Shown: in pieces, positions 14,039 through 27,673 of the stretch | Position numbering within the stretch: the stretch's first letter is position 1 | Layout of the letters: each line of letters begins with the position of its first letter | From: Balanoglossus misakiensis | Taxonomy: Eukaryota > Animalia > Hemichordata | Direction: 5' to 3' | Assembly: GCA_040954595.2 (NCBI GenBank) | Contig: CM082594.2 | Span: 7,943,573-8,007,572, forward strand | DNA length: 64,000 bases | The notes under the pieces: model-generated | Told to the model about the DNA's origin: nothing | Databases searched by the model: none | The model's input: only the letters and a program-made list of their open reading frames with translations | Program-made: the position numbers and the translations under genes

Positions 14039-15981
14039 ACCACAGTGAAATGTAGACAATATCCACATACGCGCAAAAGCGTGTACCAATCCATTTCCTG
14101 CAGGAAATCACGACGAGCGCAAAACTGCGTTGCCCAATACACGCATTATTTGTGAACAGAAATCATGGGGTCAAACCCCAACCGTCAGAAAATTATGTAA
14201 GGCTGCGAGACTGTGTGATTCCAGCACAATGAAACATCGACTCAGAGAGCTGAGCTTGTGGAATAGAGACTCTCAACGTTCTTGTTGATGGCGAATGCTT
14301 TGTGCAAGACAGAAAAAACACCATGCATTGAATGCACTGTACATTAACTCATGGATGTTTACCGCCTGGAGTATACATAAAACTATTATTTCACGTCGAA
14401 CGCCTACATGAAAACAGATGATGATGTGCCGTATTTCATTCCAACATGCATCACTAACGCTCTAGGCTGTATTATCTTGAAAGAAACAGCCTGTCGTCTA
14501 AAAAGGTTTTAATGCGTACAGACTTCCCCTTGTCACGTTTTACCACCGTTCTTGGACTGACATCTGCTTATAAAATATGCGCGCACTTTCCCTTCATTTG
14601 CTCATAACTACCGATAAAACTTGAAGATTACCAGTGAACAGCAGTAAAAATTGTATCGTTTTTTACCAAGGTCGAGCCCGGACTGGGCACAACAAATTAT
14701 GCTGAATAAAACAACGAAAATATATTGTATGGCGAACAGCTTGCTCTACATTCGTATGGTACTTTCTTTGTATGGAAGATGTATCCATAGGACCCAACTT
14801 AGCCGCCGTATTGACCTGTATCGCCAAACTATTCAACACGCACATTTTTTGTCTTAGTCTTCGACTGTATAGATAGGTTTTTACTGTGGTATTGCTGTTG
14901 GCTGACCAAATTTTACTGTCATTGCATATGTGATCTCAAAGCTTGGAATAAGATCATCTTGCAGCATAAGCCAGGCTCTCGCTGCACTAATGGGTTATTC
15001 CATAGAAATTTTTAATCTGCCGGCACCCATATGAGTTCGTAGAATGACAGAAATACTATATGATGTTATTACAGCAAAATTTGAGCCTGTATAACACGTT
15101 TGTCCTATTAGCGAGCTGTAATACTATACCCTCAGCACATAAATTATGGAATAATTATTCGGGCTGCAAAATCGACAGACACTTATAATTGAAACCATTG
15201 TCGGGTATGTCTATCAAGTATCAACTGGCCTAATTCATTTGAGCTGACGTCATTTCAATAGTACGTGCTTTTCTACTGTCGGGCTATCGCCGCTGGCTCC
15301 GGGCTTATAACGTTCTTCTGCACAAGTGTTGCGCATGTTCGTCTATGACGGTATACGGTGGTGATTGAATTTCCAATCCATGGCAGTACCAGCCACAGTC
15401 ATATTCTATTAAAATATACTTGATTCTCACCGTAGTTTCAATCCTGACTCCAATCAATCTTGGACTTAAATTGAGAGCGATGGTTTTTGAGAACATATCT
15501 GGTGGCTCATGTAATGCATGTGCCCCTCCGTTAGTCTTATGGACTGCAAACACTTGTAAGGGTTACCCTCAATAAAATCTGCACAATTTATTACGCGGCT
15601 ATAATACGGTTTAAGCGCGGCCGCAAACGAAGCAGTGTTTCATGCACTTGAAGACGTAATTTTATTTTACTGCAGTGATATAGTCGCCTAATGGATTTTC
15701 GCGGTGAAGTAACGTGCTGTCAATGATGATAACAAGCTCGTTGCAGTTCAGGGTGTCGTGTACGTTCGCTTTGACGAAGTATGTCGAGATAACCTCATCT
15801 TAACCAGAACACTGGTACCACATATTGTGACGGCCAAACCGAGATAATATCTTGAAAATGTGAAAACATGTCACCGTCTTTACACGCTGTGATATGTCTT
15901 TTGGACCAGACTGTCATGTCAGAGCCGTTTCCGCGAAGTCTACGTGCGGTAGGCTACTCGAGTTCACAAGGGTTACGTTGG

Positions 15982-16050
15982 TTAAGGTAGAATGCGCCTC
16001 GAAAATCAAATTCTTAAACTTTTTCTCACATTTCGCTCAAGACAAATTTA
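15982..16050. mobile_element. Terminal fragment of the same MITE-like family (opposite end)
   Basis: Begins ttaaggtagaatgcgcctcg, the approximate reverse complement of the ends of copies 1 and 2. Confidence 0.45.
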
Positions 16051-17750
16051 GTCGCCACAAGATGCAGGGATGTGTGGGATTGACTAAGTAATAGCGAAGG
16101 TCGACTATCGCATTGCAAGCCCGTCGCTTGCTTGTCACTGCACTGCGTGTTATGACAAACATTTGTAAAGTCCTTTTAATATCGCCGTAATAATGGAAAC
16201 GGGATTGGCTGTGTGTGAACTAGTCTTGTTATTCATAACAGATAATGGGAACGAGATCGATATGTGCGAGTTCAGAACAGATAAACACGAATCAGTGCCG
16301 CGCATTTACACTTCAAAAAAATAAGACGACGAAATTCAGCACCGCATTTTTTGAGAGTAGTCACGATTCTTGATTTTAACGCCTCCATCCATATCTGAGT
16401 AGAATGTTTAGATTTTAGTCTGGACTCCTCCAGCAGCAAGAGTAAACTGTGCTTTCGTGATTGAGTTTATAGGTCATCAGCAGAAGACAATATGCTGTCG
16501 CTCAACAAATCTTGATTTATTGTAGATGAATCCTGAAATATCAATTTTCTAAAACTTGTAGGAAAACTCTCGAAATATTTCCAATTATCGCTGCATTCAA
16601 TCAAGTGTGTTAAGTTTGGCTCATCGTGGAAAATGAAAAGACGCAATTTTTTTATCGTCCTTGGTGATCCTAAAAGAATGTTCCCTTCATACTTTTGAGG
16701 ACATAGGTCACGTGGTGGCCTTGATTAAAATTGGAGTGGCTGAAAGCGTGGTGCGTTACTACGAATTTAAGAAACGGAAGGCGTGGTTAGTAAAAGAAAA
16801 CGCGAAGGGGAAGTTGTAACGTCTTGAAAAATTAAATTCACAAGCTATTTGATCTTCTGTGGCTAACAAATACTCGCAGCCACTGCGCTTCTCATAATCG
16901 ATTAGGAACAAGATTATGTGACTAGATTTCGTTTACCGTACAACTGACTTAATTTGCCTTGTGGCATACGCGTGACTCTCCATCTCATGATGCGTACGTG
17001 TTCGTGGTTGGAGATGATCGCTGATTGTGTGAAACCCCAAGAGTGTTCCCCGCCCCTCACTCTGAGGCCGTACAAGTGATGCGGAAATCCGAGCTGGAAT
17101 AAAACTCGTGTGGGGGAAGCGTTCAAGGGCGAATGTATTCTCGGTTATTTAATAATATAAAGTTAATTGGGCCTTCTGCTAGATGGCTTGGCTGAGCTGG
17201 GAATGATAAATGTACATGTTGATGTCGAGTTGATGTTTGATATTCTTGACCAAGCAAATAGTATCAACAAGTTTGCAAGTATTATATCATGTTACCATTT
17301 TATATGCGCTTTCAAGACTTAAAAAGAGTAACAGAAACTAAAATAGAAATGTGCATGGTAAATCATGATAGCTTTCAATATATTACAATATTCAACAATG
17401 CACTGACGAATGATCAGACACTCAAGGCATACAATAGATGTAGTAGACAAGTATTGGCATATCGATATTATTTGTAACAGCTACCACATTTCGGTGCGGT
17501 GTGGTGCTAGTGTTTGGATGTACACTTCATATATTTTTGTGATAACCAAGCCGAGTGAAAATATTATAGTCATAAAGGGAAAAAAGAACTTTAGTAAGAT
17601 TTTCATTTAAAGACGTAATGTGGAGTGCTTGTAACAATCATTAGCTGTCAGTAGGATCAACATCAAAATTTTTCTTCGGTTCTGGGCACATATTTCTATA
17701 TGTGAATCATATTGAGTTGTCGAGGTGAGTTCTGTGCAGGCCACATCACA

Positions 17751-20700
17751 TCAATGTCCACACTCGTCATCGTCGCACATGTCCAGATAGACGTCATACG
17801 ACTCTCTGTTGCAACTTCCCGTGGGTGTGAAGACGTATTTGTGAAAAGTGCCATCGACGCAGATCGCGGTTACGGACGACGCCGTTCCGAACGCGCAGAT
17901 GCAAGCGCACTCGGCCGGCACCGTGAACGAAGCAAGTCCCCACTGCGATTCCACGTAGGGTCCCAGTAATCCCACTTTCCCCATTTTGGAAAATCTGTGT
18001 GGGAAAAAGTGGGAGAACACCTGAGCTAGGACTCTTCCACCAGTAGAAAATATTTAACGCGTCATTTTTTATCCCAAAAACCAATCACCCTAAAACTAGA
18101 TCTACAGTGAAGCACAGTAGCTATAAATTGAGCGTGACCTATGACCTCAATATTCTCAGCTGGTACTACTGCTAGTAATTACTGTACACTGCAGATGGTA
18201 CATGCACACTGATTTTTTTATGACTATCATGGAGAGTCTTAAAATTTTACCCCCTAATTAAACTAAATGACAGTATTGACACCATTTTGTTTTTCCTACA
18301 AGAAAAGGTGACACTATATATTTCCATTCAAACAGTGATTGGCAAGTGTTGGTAATGTTCCTAATGCGTGTTGCTGGAAACATCACAACAGCATTGTGTT
18401 ATTTTTTACCGATAATTATCCCCTGACATTTCAGGATTGACAATACCATTGTTACATCAGCTCATCCTCTATTACTAATTCATTTTTGATATTACTGTAA
18501 TCTGTGCATGAAGAAAAATCAAGATCTACCCATGCTAGTTCTGTATAAAACTGAATACAAGCTACAGGTACAATGTGCCAATTTTTCCGGATTACTTACT
18601 TTCATAATTTTTCATTTGATTTTGTTTGCCAGTCATCATTTAACATGAACTCTGAGTCTCTCTGTCCCTGGTGGTTCTATTGATACTGAATCTATTCACA
18701 ATTTTTTTTATGTATCTGTCTATTGAATAACAGATATTGAACATATCTGACCTTGATGGTCATTTCTGCCCTTGCAAAGACCAATGAAGGTCAGCGAACA
18801 AAAAGCTTGTCCTATTATGATTTTTTTTCATTAAACTTACTTTGATCGTTTGTTCAGTGTCGTGTCCCTCAAAGCAAAGACATGGACTGTTCCTTTGTCG
18901 CTGGAAGCGGCCAAAAATGAAGAGTCTGCACTGAAATTGATACTACAAAGAAAAAGGTGTTTTCAGAGGTGGTAAAGTCATAACTGGCTTTAGCATAATA
19001 TATGCATGGAACAAGGTCAGTCATCGATTTGCTATGAATTGAGAAACGTGTTCTCAGAGTGAAGCTTAAGGTAAGGGCAGAACTACTTTTGATACCGTTC
19101 AGTATTTTTTATACTAGTAGTTTTCGTCCCAAAATTTTCGAGGGTGTCTTGAAGGAAACTTACCAGTACAAAGTAGCAGGATCTGCTCCCCGACGAAGTT
19201 CAACAACTGGTTTTGACATCTGGCTCTTCAGCGAGATTTCAAACACGCGAATCAGTGTGCCCTATTACAGTGAGAGACAAAAATGTTTTCTCAGAATATA
19301 ACTACTCATGATTCTTCTTTGAAAGTCAACAGCCCACTGTAACCTAAAAGACTGGCTCTGTATTCAGTCTTGTCCAGGTAACATCACAGTCTATAATGCA
19401 AACTCCAGACAAACCTTTTTAGAAGCCGTTGCTACCAGCGTTCCTTGTTGATTGACAGCCACACACGCAATCTCATTCTGGTGGGCATTGATTGTGACAG
19501 GAGAACTGGACGAGCCCTCGCTGGTGACACCCATATCTACAAGTTGTAGACTTCCGCACACACTGCCTGGGAAGACAAGCACTGGACTGTCACAACTCCA
19601 ACTGACTTCACACAAACCTGAAACATTTGACAAGATGTACATTATTATACACTGAGATTTTGAAAAGGATTTGAAAAACGTGTGCATTGTGCACCAGCAT
19701 ATTTACATGCTGAATATGCATACTTATGAACTCCAAATTCAATTCATAAGCGCATTTTACAGACTGAATCAATAAATATCCAGTAATAAATTCAACTTGA
19801 GCAACACTTATTACGGTAACTTGACTCTTACCCGAAGGATTCTCCCTTGTATCAAATTCAAATAATTTCACAGGATCCTCCGGAAAACTGTAGACGTAAA
19901 TTCTTGTTGGTAATATAACAACTATTCTGTAGATAGATAGATAAATAAATAAATAAATTTCCAGAGTAAAAGTTTAATTTTCTTTCCAAACACTGCCCTC
20001 TATAACTACAAGTAAAACTTGGAATTCAAAGACATCACAGCAAACATAGAAATGTATATACATGTATATTTCTATCACCATCACATGACATCCGAGTACC
20101 CTTCCAACAGGAAACTGCATCCAACAAGGTGGCAATATTTATCCTTGATTGACAAAGGCCTCACGAGAGAAATAGAATTTTACCGGATGGCTGCGTAGCT
20201 TATCAGGCTTGTTGCCATAGCAATGAATGATGCTCATCCTTGCCGCGATGCAAGGGTCTCACTTATTTCTTGTTGTATTAAGGCTTCTGTGCTCCAAGGT
20301 TGTTGAGTTTTATTTACATGATACAAGGAAGTACTTGCCTGGCTTGCGTCCGCTCTCCTTGGAACGCAGTTGGATTTGGAAGGTAATTACAGAGACACAA
20401 AGACACAGACTCACACACACACACTTGTGCCCAAAACCTAGCTACATACCTTTGTCTATGCAACCTGACCCCTAAGACTGTCCCTGGGAAGGTCAGCTCC
20501 AATATAAACTTCTTTTTGAGATCATCCCAGATTAAAACTGTTAAATAAAGTAGAAGGAAATCAGACAACCACAGATTCTCTGTGTAGATCCTACATTGTA
20601 TATTGCGCTACATAACTATGATTGAAAAGTAACCATGGAATGGTAAGACTCACCAGTGTTATCTGCAAATTTAGGAGTTGCTCCACCTCCTACTATGGCT

Positions 20701-21870
20701 AGAAGGTTTGTACGATACAGCATCTCAACCTGTCCAACACTGCCAACATCGTCTTGGTCTGTGTTTAGGAAAAGAACACAAAGTCAGTACCTGACCAAGA
20801 AATGGTGGACGTACTGGTGGTGTATTGTTCATGGAAAAAACAATGGAATAATCACTGTGCAATCAAAAAAAGTCATTATAGCCTTCCACATATGCATGTT
20901 CCACATTATCATATAGATTTATCATCTGGTTTTGCCGTACACACACACTACCAGGCAAAACCTCAAGCTAGGGTATTGCACATGTCCATGCCACCAGATC
21001 TCAGACTCACCAAGATGTAGCTTCTCGACCAGGGGTTCCACGTTGTAGATCCTGATGCCACTCTCCATTGCACAAGTAAAACAAGCTGATAAAACGATAC
21101 AAAACACACATTTATTACCATAAAACAATATACCACACACCTATACCCACATTAACATTACTTAAAACCTTGGCATGTATTTATCATGCTAAATGTGAGA
21201 TTTAACTTTATTTTCAGTTCTGTCTTTAAATTTTCACTAGATATCCAGTTCTGACCTCAATTCTATTTCATGATTTTCTTCTTGACAGTAAAATATACAA
21301 AAGAAGCAGTTTCCAGCAACATTGAATTTTATGATCTGAAAACAGATGCCTGACTGTCTGTGTTGCTTATTCTACAGAAATGGGGACATCATGATGCAAT
21401 TTTAATGTCTCACACAATTTTTTATGGGCTGTACAATTTTTATGTGTCATACTGTTTTTACGTTTTCCTGCATACAAGATTTAGATCTAAATGTGTACCA
21501 GCTGTGTTCACATACTAACATAAGTGGAACATATTTAGTCGTCTGTATCATTTTGCCGACTATAAGCAAGTTGGAGTGCCTTTCTTGTCAAACAGTAGTA
21601 AATAGAACAGCTAGGGTATTGAATGATGTGGTTCCTAAGGTAAACACAGCTCAGGACAGATTTGTAAGGAAAATCTTAAACAGCTTTTTGCTCTTTGTTA
21701 TAATTGCACCAGCTGTAACTTTTGTTAGTATTTTCTTTTGTGCATCAACTACAGTGACTTGTTCCATTCCCTAAACCATGAACTGCAGCCATATACTACC
21801 TATACAAAGTCATATACTTACTATGGTCTTGATTAAACCGTAAATTTATGACTTCACTGGAGGCCGCCAT
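17751..21870 (-). CDS. WDR45: WD repeat domain phosphoinositide-interacting protein 4 (WIPI4/WDR45, Atg18-family PROPPIN), about 352 aa, 9 coding exons
   Basis: Exons (minus): 21822-21870, 21011-21085, 20654-20758, 20450-20537, 19832-19926, 19415-19617, 19164-19261, 18841-18942, 17751-17994; all GT-AG, 1059 nt in total. Motifs [28 protein letters not shown], phosphoinositide-binding [17 protein letters not shown] and a WDR45-type C-terminus [26 protein letters not shown]...DGTFHKYVF. Confidence 0.96.
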
Positions 21871-22171
21871 GTCTGCGGTTAACGTATATATGCGCCTGCC
21901 TTTCAAACACAGAAATCGGCATAAACAGATGACAGATTTTCAACTGTGGGGACAAACGTTTAATAAGAAATACTGTTGGAGATGACGACACAGAAAATAC
22001 CACTCGCCATCTTTCATGTTTACAACTTTGAGAGCAGCAACGGATTCAGATTCAAATTGAATCCCTTCATCTCCGTATGCGGCGCCCTCCTGCGGTACTA
22101 CAACAGAACATGTCGATCGTTCCTCTCTATCACTACTGGGCTGTACGGAGAAATGAAGATTCGACCCTTCT

Positions 22172-22230
22172 TGCACGACGCAACGCAACACAACACGGCA
22201 CGACACAACATGACTCAACACAACACGACA
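22172..22230. repeat. Degenerate pentamer repeat (CACAA/CACGA)n near the WDR45 5' end
   Basis: gcacgacgcaacgcaacacaacacggcacgacacaacatgactcaacacaacacgaca. Confidence 0.7.
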
Positions 22231-22654
22231 GGGAGAAGGCAAAGCAAGACGGCACGTATGAACAAAGGCATAACAAGGTGAGGAGCCGGCTGGGGTGAGG
22301 AAGGGGGGGGGGGCCTTCATTCAGTCATTGCTATGATACGATTTTCTAAATCATCCCCGTAACTTCTATATACTGACTACTTACATACATTGCTCTTTTA
22401 AAACTTTTTACAAGCTTTCTGTAGTTTGAACACTTGCTATGATGTTTTAGCTATAAATGGGACGTAAAGAGAGTAGGCCCTAAGCCCGGGAGTAAGCTCG
22501 CCACCTGGGATCGTTCCCCTGCCACCGCACTATAGAGACAAGCTTTTCTTTCGTTTTCATTAAGTTCCTGGCATTTCGTCGTCGTGTACAGTGTACTAGT
22601 TCTAGTATATCCTCTTTGTTTTACTGTAGTAATAAGGAACAGATGCATGGACAA

Positions 22655-22883
22655 ACTGTCTCAAATCGAAATTCAAAATAGCCGCCAATCTGTGTCTTAA
22701 GTCTATGAAGAAAATTTATTAAAGTAGCGATTTTCATGAATACAAGACGGCGAACCACCGGTTTTCTGGTTGGTTTTCAAAAAGACCCCTTCCCACACAC
22801 GCATTAAAATGACAAATAATTGGAAGGTTTGGAGGACTATCTTTATTTGAAAATCTGTCCTCGAGGAGCATACTACCCTTGAA
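22655..22883. mobile_element. Degenerate MITE-like dispersed repeat (copy 2)
   Basis: Colinear similarity to 4300-4482; ends in tcgaggagcatactacccttgaa (TIR-like). Confidence 0.6.
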
Positions 22884-25800
22884 CCATGGAGGTATCACCG
22901 TTATTTTAGTATTATCAAATACGACGACTGTAAGTTATTGCTGTGCGTCATTGCTTTCCTTTGCATTATATAAGACTGTGGACATTACTCGGGGCATTTT
23001 GTCGTGCAAACCAAAAGACGACGTGTTCAGGCTGACAGGTCAAATTATTCGTGTGCTTTTAGTCAGTGACCTGAGGGTGATTTGATCGTTTCACTGAGAC
23101 CTCCTTGCTGACGTCATCATGTGTTCTACCATCTTGTATGTTCACACTTCGTTAATTAGGGTGAGCAGCCGGTTACTATACTTAATTGCAATGAGTGTGA
23201 ACAATGGTACAATAGAGCACTTATCATAATCGGTCCACCATCACTTGGCCAAGTAATTTTTAAAATAATAGCTCTGCGTATTTGTGAAAGCATCAAACTT
23301 CAAATCGTGGGGATTCAGAGAATGAGTTGCAGCACGAAAGAGGAAAGACAAAATCGTGCATTACAGTTTTTCTTAATCTCCATTATCTTTCCCGTTGATT
23401 TCAAAACAAAAGTATAGTATTCCCCTTACAAGTAAAGCACCTGTAGCCGTATCATTTTTGCATTTTGATTTTAAATACCCGAATATATATTCCGACTTTT
23501 ACAGGGGGTAATTTTTTCTGTGTTTTTTCCTTACAAACATGGTAACCAAGAACACCATTGCCAGTTAGTAGTTTTCGGTTGTATTTGCAAAGACCCGTGT
23601 TGTCCGTTGATTCCACCAAGGAATTATACAGACAGTGTGATAGTGTATGGCGAACGCCTCGGGGAATAGCGATATTTCATCCTGTTAATTTCCCGAACTA
23701 CTCGTTCGTCATCAACGTCCTGACCTACCCATTGTTGATAATGGGATCTGCCGGATGCCCCCTTTTCCTCAGCACATATCAGTGATACATACGGCATGTT
23801 CGGTCTGCAGTGCGGAGTAGCGCAGTGTATGTCCCTTCATCTACACACCGACCATATTTGTTCGATTCGGCATCGTCTGTTGTACGTGGTGTGTGAAAAC
23901 ACTCCCGTCCGACTCATCGGAATCCTTAGTAAGATGATTCAACATTTTCACACTGGTTTTAACATTGCCTAAGCTAGCCTAGTAGACTTTGCAGCTTATA
24001 GGAAACTAAGGATCTCAAGTGAGTATTATCGACTTTACCCCACCTGTTATTTCTTGCCTCACTGCTTTTTATACTCGTAACACCATCCAAAAACGTCAGC
24101 GCTAATTTAATCACTTTACACCTTTATTTTCACGGACATTTCATTCACAATATTAAAAAGCGTGAGTGAAACTCTATCCGTCACATTCAAAAATAACAAT
24201 TCTCTCTATTCGGGTAATATTTACCCATATCGAGTTTCAAACGTTTACGACGACTCCTGTGTTTGCCGACAGCTGATATTCTCGACGTCGCTGTTTGTTA
24301 TGGTTTTGCATTACAATCACATTATGATGAATAATATAGATTTTTAAACAAGAAGTCTATAGATGGAAAAGTGTTTTTCCCCTGCAGGATGTTATAACCG
24401 CCGATGTGATGGCTTATCGACGAATTTACAACGGCGAAACAGGAACCCGATTGTTCGACTTTATAATGTCGATAACTTTATGTCTTATATCTGAAAAAAA
24501 CACCCGAAATTCTAACTCGATAGAAGTAAGAGAAATTCAAAATGAATCGTTTCCCTTTCTTTAATTTTATTACTACCTAAAATTTGTATTGATTGAATAT
24601 ATGCCGCCATTTCCAAATAAAAAGACGCTTATGGAATATTGTTCACGTTTTCTACCATTATAATCGTTACAGTTCAAACCTTATTTTCTTCAAGACTCAA
24701 CTTTGCGTTGGTAGCAACACTATTTGCGCACGACCTCGTCAGCGTTTTGATTAATGAATAATTTAAAGTGTGACTAATGAAGCCGCCTTTATTCATGTTT
24801 CTAACCGTTTCTGCTATTCTACGAATTCCCGTATTGCGTTTAAGCCACCTGAAAGCGTTGGCGAATAATTGGCCTATTAGATACAATGTGTTGTATGAAA
24901 ATGCCCTCTGTATCCGCGGGTTGAATGAGTCAGTCAACCTTTGGCGATGTCTTTGAACTTTCACAGACGCGTGGTTGAAAGATTTTGCCCATATGTATCT
25001 ATCAGTCGTTCACCTGTTACAATGCGTCTACTGAAAGCGTTCGATGCCGAAGTCGACAGCTTTATAGCAACGTCATCATTGCCGCCAAATGGTGGGCACG
25101 CAGCTTGTCCCTGGCGTTTTATTGAATGCTCATATCAAAGTCAGCTCTCCATCCCTCAATTCTTTACATATTTCATCTCTCTTTATTGAAGACTGGCTTT
25201 GAGTACGTAATTTACACCTGTTTCGATCACTCAATCCTTTGTGCACTTACAACTTTGGGTTGAGCATATAACTGTAAGGGCGCTTTCGGTAGGTTGCTAT
25301 CATGAGCTAGAAGAGTGCGGATATATTTTTGAAAATACGAGCCATTACAGAAGATCATAGGCACCTACTCAGACTCGGAGGAAGCAAGCAAGGCCAAAGA
25401 ATGTCTTCATCTTCTCAAGGAAGATTATAATAACGCTGGCTGCCTTGTAAACGAAAAAAAAAAAGAAATAGGGATATTGAAACGACTCCATGTATACAAT
25501 AGAACTGCTGCTATTAGACCATTTCCCTATGCCTCTTATATGTTCCGTATATGTTATTGCATGACAGTATGTCTGCCCATACTTAGTGTAAGTTGAATAC
25601 AAAGCAGAGATGACCGTGTCATTTCAGATTTGTATGTTTGTGTGAATTCGATCAGCCATCCAGAAAGAATGTCTTCCAATGTCACTTGTACTTTCCTCTG
25701 TTAACGCGAAAGCTGAGATATGAGGTGCGTTAATGAAATCGATAGTGTGCACACTATTACCTCAACCAGGAAACTGTAAATATTGCCACTTGCTTAATTA

Positions 25801-27673
25801 AAATAAACGACCACGCTCGGATGTGACTCGCCGTACTAAATAATAACGTGGCAGTCAATACAGGGTAGTGTGAATGCAGATGTTTACAATAAATGCGCTT
25901 TTCAGTTACGCGGGAAGAAATTTTTGGCAGCAAAATTTCCTGGCGACAATATTACACAGTGTCCGTGGAACCTGTGGGAAAGATAGGGAGATTGACGGAT
26001 TGTAATAAATGTTTAAGCTTGTAAATTGCTAGTCGGTAACTGTTAGCATTTAATCAAATTTATTAGCTAACCAATTTGAGTAGTCTAATCAAGATGTAAA
26101 CACAACATGACATTTTCACATCGGGAAAATGTACAAACGAGGCCAGGATTACCCGTTTCTATCCGCTAAAATGCTTCTTTATACTTGTACGTGTAATAAA
26201 CGCGAAACCTGCAATAGGTGATATAAATAATTTAGGCTAAGGATACTATCGGCCCAGACACTGCTCTCTAAACAATTTATGAGTCACTTTATGATTTATT
26301 TGCTCTACAACTGACCTCCCTCCGTCAGGGAAGTCAGGAACGCATTTGCATATGAAATATACATCACTTTGGTCACGTGACCTATCTATCTTGCCTGTGC
26401 CTTTATGTTCATAACATCATACTGGTCCTATTTTACTCACGTAGTTTTTGTTGTCAGTCACCTTACATTTTTGATATTCTGATAAGCATCACTACACTTT
26501 TAATATACATATCCAGCCTCGCAAAAACACATGGTCTTTCCAAAGAGACTCGTGGGTACCGGGTAGACATATGTAGACATGTGTTGCTGGGTGTGACACG
26601 TGAAGGGTTAACACAGGTGACACAGTCACGAGGGCCCATTTAACAGGATACATGTAAACCGCCAAGGTACAGAACAGCGAATGATTTGCAGAGACGGTCA
26701 TTTGGACAGAGCGTGCCACGAATGGCGAGTTCTTAGACGATTTAGTTGACATATTTGCTTCGTTCCAACTTTAATCATAACGGACCCAGGTAATACAAAA
26801 GAACCAATCAAATGCAAGGAATTAAGTACGTCCACTCACCGGGTGAGGCGCTGTTTGTAACCCCTTTTTTGATTAAAAACTCAAATCAGTGTTTTAAACC
26901 GCTCTGCTTAAAACACACACAATCTGTCTCACTCCCATTTAAACGTCGTCACTGCCGTGACCTTAGTTTAGTTTCTGTTCGATTAAACTCCCCCATTATC
27001 ATACTCTTCTCGTTGATCAACGTGTAATAAGTCGATACAATCGCGGCTGGAATGAACAAGATGTCTGATTACTACAGACCCAATTCAACAGTATTACCAT
27101 ACCACAACTGCATGCGGGCAATCTTCAAAACAATATCTGAGCGGCGCAGCAGAATTACAAGCTTGCCAGTTGGCTTCCTCTCATTGGAGATGATTCGTTT
27201 TCCGATCAAAAAAGAACTGTGTTGCTCAACAGATAATGAAAATAACCCAACTGCAGGAATTAGTTTCCGAAGAATATCTTCAAAGAAATGATGTTTCGAT
27301 CAAACGGTGGAACAATCAGTGTGTACTGGTGGCAACTTTAGTGAAACATTCAACTTTAAAGTGTGATGTAATGTCCACGCACGGTGATTCAACAGGTGAA
27401 GGGCGGTTGTGAGAAATTGGAAACGCTTGAATTCACCTCTTGCTGACATAACCTTGTCATGTATTTAACTTTCAGATATTCGGATGTCCAACTAACTAAA
27501 GTGCACTGCAAGGTCCGTCGAATTGATCACTTCACGATATTACTTCCACACTCGAGTCGGAGTCCTCGCAATGTATCCTGGGAACCGAGTGTGTGTGCCA
27601 CCTGACTAGTTTTTGTGGTCACGTTGGGACAGGTATTATCGTCACTGAGATAGAGGTCCCATGAAGGCGGAAA

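Noticed and set aside
21940-22320. 126-aa minus ORF upstream of WDR45
   Set aside because: It spans the promoter-region pentamer repeat and has no similarity to WIPI N-termini.
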